Shown here: piece by piece, positions 27,892 through 36,657 of the stretch
Position numbering within the stretch: position 1 is the first letter of the stretch
Layout: each line of letters begins with the position of its first letter
From: an uncultured Gemmatimonadaceae bacterium
GTDB lineage: Bacteria > Gemmatimonadota > Gemmatimonadetes > Gemmatimonadales > GWC2-71-9
Assembly: GCA_964574295.1 (NCBI GenBank)
Contig: CAZNLY010000011.1
Location: 1,142-65,141, forward strand
DNA: 64,000 nt
Reading direction: 5' to 3'
Translations under genes and position numbers: made by a program
Notes under the pieces: model-generated
The model's database searches: none
The model's input: the letters and a program-made list of their open reading frames with translations, nothing else
Told to the model about the DNA's origin: nothing

Positions 27892-29894
27892 CAGCGCCAC
27901 TCCTCGACGAGGCGCTCACCCAGGTCGGGCCATTCCCAGACACACTTTTCCCGGCTGCGAAATCCGCCCGCCGTCGCCCCGCTCGTCCGCGGACCCGAGG
28001 CGAGGCGCGCGGGCCGGGCCGCCGCACCCTCGAGGACCTCGCGCGCCATCGCCACGTCGGGCTCCCCGTGTCGCGCATCGGCCGCGGCCTCGATCCGCTG
28101 GACCAGCGCCTGCACCGCCCGGACCGACTCCGCCGGTCGGCCGGCCAGGTAGCTCGCCAGTTCTCCGTCGGCCCGGCCGTAGCGGGCGCCCAGCAGGCGC
28201 TCGATGACGGCCTGGCGCACCTCCCGTTCCGGCGCCGGCAGCTCGACCACGAGCCCGCCCGCCAGCCGGCTCGCCAGGCGCTCCTCGAAGTGCGCCACCT
28301 TGTCCAGCGGCTGGGCCGAGGTGAAGGCCAGCTGCGCCCCCTGATCCACGAGGTGGTTGTACAGGAGGAACAGCTCTTCCTGGGTCCGCTCCCGGCCCGC
28401 CACCAGCTGGACGTCGTCCATCAGGAACGCGGTGACCCGGCGGTACCGCGCCCGCCACTGCGGCACCCGATCCCGGTCGATCGCCTCGATGAGCTCGTCC
28501 GTGAAATCCTGCGCCCCGAGGCAGGCCACGACCGTGCCCGGCGCGGCCACCAGCAGGTTGCCGATGGCGTGGAGGAGGTGGGTCTTGCCGACGCCCGGAC
28601 CTCCGAGGATCACCAGCGGGTTGTAGAGGGCGCCGGGACGCCCGGCCACGTCGCGCGCCGCCTGGAGGGCCACCCGATTCCCCGCCGATTCGACGAGGTC
28701 GTCAAACACCCACACCGGCTCGGGCGCGGGCGGTGGCGAGCCCCCTTCCTGGGCGCGGGCCAGGAATGCCTCGGCGGCAGGAATGCCGTCCGGATCCCGA
28801 AAGACGGGATCGGCGCCGAGGTCGGCGGCGAGGGCGGTCGCTTGAGCCTCCAGCGACTGGAGGCGCTCGATATCACCGACGAAGCCCGCAAGCGCCTCGG
28901 CGGGATCGCCTTCGAGCCCCCCGTGGGCCAGCAACCCTTCGAGGCGCGCGGTTCGGTAGCCCTGATCTCCCCACCGGGCGATCGCTTCCTCGACCCGGCG
29001 TCGCCACCCCTCCACCTGGCGCGAGAGGGTGTCGGCCACGTCGGTGAGGAAGTCGCCGAACTCGTCGGCCGGTTCGGCGGCAGCCGCGGGCGCCGGGGCA
29101 GGCGCCGCCGGCACGGACTCCGCCCCGTCCGCCTGCGCCAGCGGCACCCCGGGCGTGGGCACGTCTCCCGCCGTGCCGCGCACCCCGAGCACGAGCTTCG
29201 CCTGCGCCGGATCGAGCGGCGCCTCACCCGCCGCCTGAAAGGCCACAAGGCGATTGAGCGCCCCGACCAGTTCGCGGACACTGTCGAGCGGAAGGGACGC
29301 GACGGCCTCGAGGACGCCCGGCTGAAACCGCACCTGCCGTTCGTCCGCCTTCCGGCGCAGGATGGCCACCCGCGTCTCGTAGTCCGGCGCGGCGATGTCG
29401 ATCACGAGGCCCCCCGCCACTCGGCGCAGGAGTCGCTCGTCGAGGGCCTCGATCTCGGCGGGCGGCCGATCGGAGGTCAGGACCACCTGCCTGCCGGCGG
29501 TCTGCATCTGGTCCACCAGCCGCAGGAGCTCCGCCTGCGCCTCCCGCCGGTGCGTGATGAACTGGATGTCGTCGAGCAACAGGAGGTCGGACTCGGCGAA
29601 GCGGCGCCGGTACGCCTCGCCCTGCCCTGCCGCGACCGCCGTGTTGAACGCTTCGATGAAGTCGTCCAGCGTGACGTACTCGACGCCCAGGGCCGGGTTG
29701 ATGGCCAGCGCGGCGTGGCCGATGGCCATCAGGAGGTGCGTCTTGCCCAGCCCCGGGCGCGCGTAGATGACGAGCGGGTTGTAGGCCGAGCCCGGCGACT
29801 CGGCGACGGTGCGCGCCGCCGTGGCCGCCAGCCGGTTGGCGGACCCGACGACGAACCCGTCGAACCGGAACTGCGGGCTCAGCTGGGCGGTCAC
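27891..29894 (-). CDS. Tandem double DnaA-type AAA+ ATPase lacking DnaA domains I, II and IV
   Basis: Module 1: FDGFVVGSANR, YNPLVIYARPGLGKTHL, LLDDIQF, TSDRPP, VRELVGAL. Module 2: GNRVAL, YNPLVILGGPGVGKTHL, MDDVQL, RLASRL. GTG 29894 overlaps the mglA stop. Confidence 0.88.
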   Translation of the reverse strand: MTAQLSPQFRFDGFVVGSANRLAATAARTVAESPGSAYNPLVIYARPGLGKTHLLMAIGHAALAINPALGVEYVTLDDFIEAFNTAVAAGQGEAYRRRFAESDLLLLDDIQFITHRREAQAELLRLVDQMQTAGRQVVLTSDRPPAEIEALDERLLRRVAGGLVIDIAAPDYETRVAILRRKADERQVRFQPGVLEAVASLPLDSVRELVGALNRLVAFQAAGEAPLDPAQAKLVLGVRGTAGDVPTPGVPLAQADGAESVPAAPAPAPAAAAEPADEFGDFLTDVADTLSRQVEGWRRRVEEAIARWGDQGYRTARLEGLLAHGGLEGDPAEALAGFVGDIERLQSLEAQATALAADLGADPVFRDPDGIPAAEAFLARAQEGGSPPPAPEPVWVFDDLVESAGNRVALQAARDVAGRPGALYNPLVILGGPGVGKTHLLHAIGNLLVAAPGTVVACLGAQDFTDELIEAIDRDRVPQWRARYRRVTAFLMDDVQLVAGRERTQEELFLLYNHLVDQGAQLAFTSAQPLDKVAHFEERLASRLAGGLVVELPAPEREVRQAVIERLLGARYGRADGELASYLAGRPAESVRAVQALVQRIEAAADARHGEPDVAMAREVLEGAAARPARLASGPRTSGATAGGFRSREKCVWEWPDLGERLVEEWR

Positions 29895-30493
29895 GCCGCG
29901 GTGCTTCCCGCCGCCAGGCGCTGGAGGACGAGCTCGGAAATGCCCTTGAGCGTCTCGAAGACGCCGTGGCCGTGCAGGCAGTCGGCGCCGAAGCTCCGGA
30001 CGCCGCGGAAGTTGAGGGCGTCGTCCAGCTCGCCGGGCGTGAGGATGAGGTCCCGGGGGAGATCCTGCTTGTTGTATTGGAAGACCAGCGGGAGCTGGCG
30101 GATGTCCACGCCCTGCGCCAGGAGGTTTTCCTGCAGGTTCTGCAGGCTCTCGAGGTTGTCGTCGAAGCGGCGGGCCTGGCTGTCGCCCACGAACACGACT
30201 CCGTCGGCCCCCTGCAGGACGAGCTTCCGGGTGGCGTTGTAGTAGACCTGCCCCGGGACGGTGTAGAGCTGGAACCGGGTGGTGAAGCCGCTGATGCTCC
30301 CGAGGTCGATCGGCAGGAAGTCGAAAAACAGCGTCCGGTCCGACTGCGTCGCGAGGGACACCATCCGGCCGCGGCGGCTTTCCGGCACCCTCCCGTACAC
30401 ATACTGGAGGTTGGTCGTCTTGCCGGACCGGCCCGGGCCGTAGTAGACGATCTTGCAGGTGATTTCGCGGGTCGTGAAGTTGACGAGCGACAT
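29891..30493 (-). CDS. mglA: MglA-family small Ras-like GTPase
   Basis: KIVYYGPGRSGKTTNL, DRTLFFDF, YTVPGQVYY, DGVVFVGDSQ, QYNKQDL, closely matching Myxococcus MglA; ATG 30493. Confidence 0.95.
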   Translation of the reverse strand: MSLVNFTTREITCKIVYYGPGRSGKTTNLQYVYGRVPESRRGRMVSLATQSDRTLFFDFLPIDLGSISGFTTRFQLYTVPGQVYYNATRKLVLQGADGVVFVGDSQARRFDDNLESLQNLQENLLAQGVDIRQLPLVFQYNKQDLPRDLILTPGELDDALNFRGVRSFGADCLHGHGVFETLKGISELVLQRLAAGSTAA

Positions 30494-30495
30494 CC

Positions 30496-30957
30496 TTACC
30501 GTCCGAAGAGCGAGCGCAGGCTCGCATTGAGTTCGTGCTCGAAGTCGGCCGCCAGCACCTCGCGCGCGGGCGCCGCCGGCGGCGCCACGGCGCGCAGGTC
30601 CTGCACCAGCCGCTCGAAGAAGAGGCGGACGAGGCCGAGCGAGCTGTCGCGGTCGTACACCACGAGGGCGATCCAGCGCCCCTGCGGCAGGTCGAAGGCC
30701 GCCAGGAAGAGCCCGCGCGACGAGCCCTGGTGCGAGAGCGACCGTGAGGCGCCCGAGGCGGTGAGGCGCCCGAGCTCCTCCGTACTCGCCATGATGGCGG
30801 CCCCGAGCGCGGCGGCCGACATCACGTCGAGGGCGCGGGTGAAGCCGTGCTGCGCCACCACCTGCCCGGAGGAGGTGGTGAGCAGGACCAGCCGGGCGGC
30901 CGATTCCGCGAGGAACCGCTCGAGCGGCTCGCCCACCCACGGTTCGATGGCGCGCAT
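30496..30957 (-). CDS. mglB: MglB-type Roadblock/LC7 protein (putative MglA GAP)
   Basis: LERFLAESAARLVLL...GQVV...AALGAA...SLGLVRL, matching the MglB pattern; directly upstream of mglA. Confidence 0.85.
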   Translation of the reverse strand: MRAIEPWVGEPLERFLAESAARLVLLTTSSGQVVAQHGFTRALDVMSAAALGAAIMASTEELGRLTASGASRSLSHQGSSRGLFLAAFDLPQGRWIALVVYDRDSSLGLVRLFFERLVQDLRAVAPPAAPAREVLAADFEHELNASLRSLFGR

Positions 30958-31307
30958 CAGGCCAGCCGCTCCGCCACGCGCCGCAGCTCCAGCCGCACCA
31001 GTCCCACGTTCACCGCGGGATCGGTCACCGCCACCACCAGCAGGTCGCCGGGCCCCGGAACGGCCAGGAGCGCCCCCCCCTCGGCCTGCAGGTGAACGAA
31101 CGCCGGCGGGGTCCGTCCGGCGGCCTCCGTGGCCCGCGCGAGGCGGGCCACCACGCCGGCGGTGAGCGCCGCCACGGCAGCCCCGTCCACGCCCTCCATC
31201 GACGACTCGGCCACCACCAGGCCCTCCTCGGCGGAGACGATCATCGCGCCGCGCACGCCGCGCACGCGGGTGATCGTGTCCAGCGAGCCCGCGAGGCCGG
31301 CCTTCAC
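30957..31307 (-). CDS. Stand-alone Roadblock/LC7 protein (MglC-like)
   Basis: VRGVRGAMIVSAEEGLVV...VAAL...LVVAVTDPAVNVGLVRLELRR; GTG 31307. Confidence 0.8.
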   Translation of the reverse strand: MKAGLAGSLDTITRVRGVRGAMIVSAEEGLVVAESSMEGVDGAAVAALTAGVVARLARATEAAGRTPPAFVHLQAEGGALLAVPGPGDLLVVAVTDPAVNVGLVRLELRRVAERLA

Positions 31308-32185
31308 GCGGGGCGCTCCAGCCACCGGCGCGCGGCCTCGGACGCGCGCTCGGCATGCCGCGCCAGTCGCCCGATCGGCACGCTGCTGTCGCGCACCAGG
31401 AGGAGGAGGGACTCCCCCGAGGGGGCCGAGAGGTAGAGGTTCGCGTCGGCCGTCTCGGCCGCCACGCTCGTCCACTCGCCGAGCGCCAGGAGCCGCGCCG
31501 CCCGGGCGGCGTCCCGGTAGACCCCCGCCAGGTGTGCGGCCACCGCGTCGCCGACGTCGGCGCCATCGGGCGCGCGCAGCCCTCCCCCCAGCCGGAGGCC
31601 GCTCGCGTCGAGCAGCAGCAGCCCGTCGTGCGCGCCCTCGAGGCCGGCAAAGACGTCCTCACCGGCGGCCGACGCGCCGGGCATCGGCCGGGGCGGCAGC
31701 GACGGCGCCGCCGCCGGGACGGCAGGCGCGGTGGCCGGGGCCTCGGGAGCCACGGGGGCCGGCGTCTCGGGCCCTGCCGTCCGGAGCGCCTCACGCACGC
31801 GCAGGGCGGCCGCCGCCACGCCCTCGGCATCGGGGTCGGCAGCCAGCGCGGCCTCCAGGTGTTCGAGCGCGAGCGGCAGCTCGCCGGCCACGAAGTACAG
31901 GAAGCCGATTCCCTTGTGCGCGCCCGCGTGCCGTTCGTCGAGCCGGAGCGCGATGTCCCACTCGTCGAAGGCGCGCTCGTGATCGCCACGGTCGCCGAGG
32001 ACCCGCGCCAGGAGGTCGTGCGCGTCGGCCAGGTCCGGATACCGGGAGAGTCCGGCAAGCGCCACCTTCTCGGCGGCCTCCAGCTGGCCGCGCCGGCGGA
32101 GCGCCTCGCCGAGCGGGAGGAAGACCAGGCTCGACGGATCGGCGGCGAGCTGCGCGGTCAGCACCCGGATGTCTTCAGAGCTCAC
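31304..32185 (-). CDS. TPR-Roadblock/LC7 fusion protein
   Basis: N-terminal TPRs (SLVFLPLGEALRRRG, AHKGIGFLYF), Pro/Ala linker, C-terminal roadblock (DGLLLLDASGLRLGG...PIGRLAR); GTG 32185. Confidence 0.78.
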   Translation of the reverse strand: MSSEDIRVLTAQLAADPSSLVFLPLGEALRRRGQLEAAEKVALAGLSRYPDLADAHDLLARVLGDRGDHERAFDEWDIALRLDERHAGAHKGIGFLYFVAGELPLALEHLEAALAADPDAEGVAAAALRVREALRTAGPETPAPVAPEAPATAPAVPAAAPSLPPRPMPGASAAGEDVFAGLEGAHDGLLLLDASGLRLGGGLRAPDGADVGDAVAAHLAGVYRDAARAARLLALGEWTSVAAETADANLYLSAPSGESLLLLVRDSSVPIGRLARHAERASEAARRWLERPA

Positions 32186-33329
32186 GCCGCCCTCCGAGTG
32201 CGTCCTGCAGGGTCTCCACCGCGGACCGCCAACGCGCCACCGTCGCTTCCCGCCCGCGCTCGGTGTCGGGCAGGGGACTCGTCCCCTGCCAGCGCGCCCA
32301 GGTCTCCATCGCCGCGCCGTAGCGGCCCCGGCCCACCTCGGCGAGCCCGAGGAGGCGGAGCGCCGCCGCGGCGGCGGGATCGCAGGCGAGGGCCTGCGAC
32401 AGGCGCATGGCGGCCTCGTCGTAGCGCGCCTCCGCCAGGAGCACGCGCCCGAGGAGCAGGTGGGCGCGGGACTCCTCGGGAAAGGCCAGCACCGCTTCCT
32501 CGGCCGTGAAGCGCGCGCGGGCCACCTCGCCGAGCAGCAGGGCCTCCTCCGTGGAGGAGACCAGCCCGCCCAGGTCGTGCACCGGCGCCTCATCGCGCCC
32601 GGCGGCCGCCGGTTCCGCCAGCACGATAATACCGGCGGTGGCGAGGCCGAAGAGGGTGCGCGCGACGTCGAAATCCGATCGCCCGAGCGCGGCCGCCAGG
32701 GATCGGACGTCGGTGGCGCCGTCGATCCCCGCCAGCACCTCCCACTCGAAGGGGAGGAGGTCGAGCGGCCCGCCCTCCCCCTCCGGCGCGCCCGTGAGGC
32801 GCGCCACCACGCCGAGGTGCGGCACCTTCGGCTCGATTCGCGACCATTCGTCGATCCGGCGCGCCGCCTCCATCAAGAGCGACTCGGTCGGAATCCGCAC
32901 GGTCGCCTCGCCGAGCGACGGCGGGAGGGGGCCGTCCTCGAAGGAGAAGTACCCCTCGGACCAGCTCATCAGCTCGAAGATGACCTCCTCCACCTGGGCA
33001 CGGATCTGCCGCTCGAGCTCCTTGCGCGGCAGGACTCCCATTTCGACCAGGATGTCGCCGAGGCGGTGCCCGGGCCGGGTCCGCTGAATCCCGGCCGCCC
33101 GTGCCACGTCATCCTCCCGCACCTTGCCGGCCCGCACGAGCAGCGCCCCCAGCGGGTGCGGGTTGCTCCGGATCTCGGCGGCGACCACGGCCCCGCCCTC
33201 GAAGTAGACGACGCCGGCGTTCTGGCGCAGCTCGGAAGTGACCCGCAGGACCCCGGTCTTCCGCCCCAGGTCGAGGAGCTGGAAGACGTCGTGGATCTGC
33301 AGTTCCTTGAGCGGGCCCTCGATCGGCAC
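32175..33329 (-). CDS. DUF4388 (PatA-N) protein with MshEN-like insert and C-terminal TPRs
   Basis: IEGPLKELQIHDVFQLLDLGRKTG...MSWSEGYFSF...LLMEAARRIDEW; PLGALL/RLGDIL tandem motif; paralog of 26272-27891. Confidence 0.85.
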   Translation of the reverse strand: MPIEGPLKELQIHDVFQLLDLGRKTGVLRVTSELRQNAGVVYFEGGAVVAAEIRSNPHPLGALLVRAGKVREDDVARAAGIQRTRPGHRLGDILVEMGVLPRKELERQIRAQVEEVIFELMSWSEGYFSFEDGPLPPSLGEATVRIPTESLLMEAARRIDEWSRIEPKVPHLGVVARLTGAPEGEGGPLDLLPFEWEVLAGIDGATDVRSLAAALGRSDFDVARTLFGLATAGIIVLAEPAAAGRDEAPVHDLGGLVSSTEEALLLGEVARARFTAEEAVLAFPEESRAHLLLGRVLLAEARYDEAAMRLSQALACDPAAAAALRLLGLAEVGRGRYGAAMETWARWQGTSPLPDTERGREATVARWRSAVETLQDALGGRREL

Positions 33330-33332
33330 GGG

Positions 33333-36023
33333 CTACCCCGCCGAACCGGCAAAGATGTGGACCAACTCGCGAGTGGACCGAAGCTGGGTGCGCGCCGCGG
33401 CGGCCAGCGCGCTCCCGGGATCGGCGCGCACCACCGTCTCCCACTGGGTGGTGGCCTCCTGGAACCGCTTGAGGCGCACCAGGGCGGAGCCGTAGGCGAG
33501 CCGCGCGGCGGCCGACTCGGGGTCGAAGCGCAGGACCCGCTGGAAGGCCTCGATCGCCTGGTCGGGGCGACCGTCCTCGAGCAGGAGCTCGCCCAGGAGG
33601 GTGAGCGCCTGGAGGTCCCAGGGATCGGCGCCGAGGAGCGCGATCAGCGGCGCCATCGCGGCCTTCGGCGTGTCCACCCGGCGGAGCAGCTGCGCGAGCG
33701 CGCGCGCCGCCTCGGAGTAGGTCGGGAGCAGGTCGAGCGCCCGCTGGTAGGCCAGGCGCGCGCCGGTCCAGTTCTGCCGCTCCTCCTCCAGCGACCCCAG
33801 CTCCAGCCACACCTGCACCAGCCCGGCGTCGAGCTGCAGCGCCGCCTGGTACGCGTCCAGCGCCGCCTCGCGCTCCCCGAGCCGGCGCGAAACGCCGGCC
33901 TGGAGCTGCAGGAGGTCGGGCCGGCCCGGCGCGCGCGCCTGCGCGTGGCGGAGCGCGTCGAGCGCACGGACCGGATCGCCCGTGGCGAGCCGGACCCGGG
34001 CACAGGCGACGAGCGCCTCGACGTCGGCCGGCGCGAGCTGGGCCAGCGCCTCGGCCCCGGCCACCGCCTCCCCTGGCCGCCCGAGCGCCAGGAGCGAGCG
34101 GACCTCCCCGAGGAGCGCCGCCACGTCGGCGGAATCGGCCGCGCGCGCCTCGCGGTAGCGCTCCAGCGCCTCGCCGTGGAGGCCGCGCTTCCCGAAGATG
34201 TCGCCGAGGAGAACGGCCACCCGGGCGCGCGACGCGCCGCGCGCGACCGCGCGCGTCAGTTCGGCGGAGGCCAGCTCGAGCAATCCCTTGCTGATGTAGT
34301 CCCGGGCGAGGTGGAGCGCGGCCTCCTCGGCGGCGGGCGCGGCGGGAGCCGGGGCGGCGGGGGCCAGCCCCTCGAAGATCCCCTCGAGCAGCGTGGGGTC
34401 GAAGGCGAACGCGTCGCCGAGCGAGGCGGCGGTGACGTCCGCGCTGATCTCGGGGACGACCGAGATGAGGGGGTCCTCGTACTGGAGGTCGATGGCCAGC
34501 TGGAACTTCTGCTGGATGTAGTACGGCTCGAGCTCGAGGGCGCGCTTCGTGGCGCGGAGCGCGCCGTCGAAGTCGCCGAGTTGGCTGAGGGTGAAGCTGA
34601 GGTTGTAGTGGGCCGAGGCGTAGGTCGGCGCCGCGTCCACGGCGCGGGCGAAGGCGTTCCGGGCGTCGGCGTAGCGCTGGAGTTCCATGAGCACCAGCCC
34701 AATGCCGTTCCAGGCGGGGGCGCTGCCGGGGTGGTCGGCCAGGGTGGCGCGGTAGGTCTCGAGCGCCTGCTGGAAGCGCCGGAGCTGGAAGAGCAGCAGC
34801 CCGAGGTTGAGCCGGGGAGCCGCGAGGTCCCGCCCGACCTGGATCGCGGCGCGAAACGCCGCCTCGGCCTCGCCGGTGCCGGGGTCGTGGGCCAGGAGCA
34901 CCCCGAGGTTGTTCCAGGCGAGGGCATACTCGCCGTCCAGGGAGATGGCCCGCTCGTAGGAATCGCGCGCCGCGTCGCGTCGGCCGGCCTGGTGCAGGCA
35001 GACGCCCCGCTCGTTCCAGACCTTCGGGGAGTCGGCGTGCTCCTCGACGAGCACGTCGTACAACTCGAGGGCGCCGGCCAGGTTGCGACGGAGGAGGTGT
35101 ACCTCGGCCATCGCCTGGAGGGTGAGCCGGCGGTCCTCCCCGTGGTCGAGGGCCAGGCGGTACTCGCGGAGGGCCTCCGCGTAGTACCCCTTTTGCCGGA
35201 AGGCGAGCCCGAGGTTGAAGTGGGCGAGCGTGCTCCCTTCGGTGGGGACGGGGCGCATCGCGTCGGCCAGCGACTGCCGGGTCGGGCCGGCGCCCTCCTC
35301 GTCGGCGGCGATGGCCAGGTTGGCCTGGGCCCGGCCGAGGGTCGGGTTGAGCGCGATCGCGCGCTTGGTCGCCGCGCGCGCGTCGTCGTGCAGGCCCATG
35401 TCGCCCAGCACGAAGGCGAGGAGGTAATGGGCGTCGGCGTAGTCGGGGTTGCGCTGGACCGCCTGCCGGAGGGTCTCGAGGGCCGCCTCGTTCAGGCCGC
35501 GGTGATACAGCGCCTCCCCGTAGTAGAACAGGGCGACGGGGCTGTCGGGATCGCGCTCGGCCGCGCGGCGGAACCATTCCTCCGCGGCCTCGACACGCCC
35601 GCGCGCCTTCTCCGCCAGTCCCAGCTGGAGCAGCGTCGGGATGTCATCGGGATGCCAGGCGAGGAGGGCCTCGAACTCGGCCACCGCCTCGTCCACGTGG
35701 GCGAGCGCGGCGTAGGCGCGGGCCAGCTCCCAGCGGGCCTCGCGGTCGCCGGCATCGCGCCGCAGCCGCTCGCGCAGCTCGGCCACGCGCCGGTCGTAGT
35801 AGCCGCTGGCCCGGTAGGTGATCTCGAGATTGGCCTGCGCCACCTGCATGCGCGGGTCCAGCTCGAGGGCGCGGGAGAACTCCGCGATGGCCTCGGGGAT
35901 GAGGCCTTTCTGGTAATACAGGACGCCGAGGTTGTTGTGGGCGCCGGCATCCGACGGGTCGATCCGGCGGGCGAACGACCGAAGGACCGCGAGGTCCCGC
36001 TCGGGCAGCGCCGGACCGCCCAT
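33333..36023 (-). CDS. Large cytoplasmic multi-TPR protein (896 aa)
   Basis: Many TPR signatures (AHNNLGVLY, AHFNLGLAF, VWNERGVCL, AWNNLGVLL, AHYNLSFTL); no signal peptide. Confidence 0.88.
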   Translation of the reverse strand: MGGPALPERDLAVLRSFARRIDPSDAGAHNNLGVLYYQKGLIPEAIAEFSRALELDPRMQVAQANLEITYRASGYYDRRVAELRERLRRDAGDREARWELARAYAALAHVDEAVAEFEALLAWHPDDIPTLLQLGLAEKARGRVEAAEEWFRRAAERDPDSPVALFYYGEALYHRGLNEAALETLRQAVQRNPDYADAHYLLAFVLGDMGLHDDARAATKRAIALNPTLGRAQANLAIAADEEGAGPTRQSLADAMRPVPTEGSTLAHFNLGLAFRQKGYYAEALREYRLALDHGEDRRLTLQAMAEVHLLRRNLAGALELYDVLVEEHADSPKVWNERGVCLHQAGRRDAARDSYERAISLDGEYALAWNNLGVLLAHDPGTGEAEAAFRAAIQVGRDLAAPRLNLGLLLFQLRRFQQALETYRATLADHPGSAPAWNGIGLVLMELQRYADARNAFARAVDAAPTYASAHYNLSFTLSQLGDFDGALRATKRALELEPYYIQQKFQLAIDLQYEDPLISVVPEISADVTAASLGDAFAFDPTLLEGIFEGLAPAAPAPAAPAAEEAALHLARDYISKGLLELASAELTRAVARGASRARVAVLLGDIFGKRGLHGEALERYREARAADSADVAALLGEVRSLLALGRPGEAVAGAEALAQLAPADVEALVACARVRLATGDPVRALDALRHAQARAPGRPDLLQLQAGVSRRLGEREAALDAYQAALQLDAGLVQVWLELGSLEEERQNWTGARLAYQRALDLLPTYSEAARALAQLLRRVDTPKAAMAPLIALLGADPWDLQALTLLGELLLEDGRPDQAIEAFQRVLRFDPESAAARLAYGSALVRLKRFQEATTQWETVVRADPGSALAAAARTQLRSTRELVHIFAGSAG

Positions 36024-36026
36024 CGC

Positions 36027-36647
36027 TCAGCCGACGCGGATGGCGTCGAAAATGGCCCGCAGCGACGCCAGGTCCGGCAGGAGGAGGAAGTGGCCCCGCA
36101 GGTTGGAGGCCTCGCCCTCGAACCGGAACTCGGACTCCACGCAGAAGACGTAGTCCCGCTCGGACCCGAAGTTGAGGTAGGTCGAGGTCAGCACCGCGGC
36201 GCTGAGGTCCACCGCCAGGCTCGGCACCGAGGGCACCAGCATCATGCCCATGAAGTCGCTCAGCGCCGTCAGGTAGGCGCTGCTCAGGATGTTGCCGACC
36301 TCCTTGATCCCCGACTGCTCCATCGCGCCGAACTCGGTGGTGGTGCCGAGGGGGCGGCGGAGGAGGATGTCGCAGAGGGCGCGGGCCGACGGCTCGGGGA
36401 AGATCAGGAGCGTGCGGCCGGTGAGGTCGCCCATCATGTGCATCAGCACGGCGGCCACCACCTCCTCGGGGTCGCCCAGGACCTCGGGCACCTCCTCGAG
36501 CGGCGTCACCGACACCTCGGGGACGCTGATCATGATCTTCTTGTTGATCATGTGGGAGAGCGCCGTGGCGGCGTGCCCCGCCCCGATGTTCGCCACCTCC
36601 TTGAGGGCGTCGAACTGGAGCTCCTTGAGATCGCGCACGTCTTCCAT
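36027..36647 (-). CDS. cheC: CheY-P phosphatase CheC
   Basis: Two E-x2-N motifs: DALKEVANIGAGHAATALS and SGIKEVGNILSSAYLTALS; VPSVP; ATG 36647 after AGGGAG. Confidence 0.95.
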   Translation of the reverse strand: MEDVRDLKELQFDALKEVANIGAGHAATALSHMINKKIMISVPEVSVTPLEEVPEVLGDPEEVVAAVLMHMMGDLTGRTLLIFPEPSARALCDILLRRPLGTTTEFGAMEQSGIKEVGNILSSAYLTALSDFMGMMLVPSVPSLAVDLSAAVLTSTYLNFGSERDYVFCVESEFRFEGEASNLRGHFLLLPDLASLRAIFDAIRVG

Positions 36648-36657
36648 GGGATTCTCC

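Noticed and set aside
27891-29894. True replication initiator dnaA or a nearby oriC
   Set aside because: No domain IV or domain I, no dnaN/recF/gyrB context, and I saw no DnaA-box cluster or AT-rich unwinding element.
29868-29894. N-terminal QLSPQF as an Hda-type beta-clamp binding motif
   Set aside because: It aligns better with the normal DnaA domain-III start (xLNPKYTF), so the resemblance is probably coincidental.
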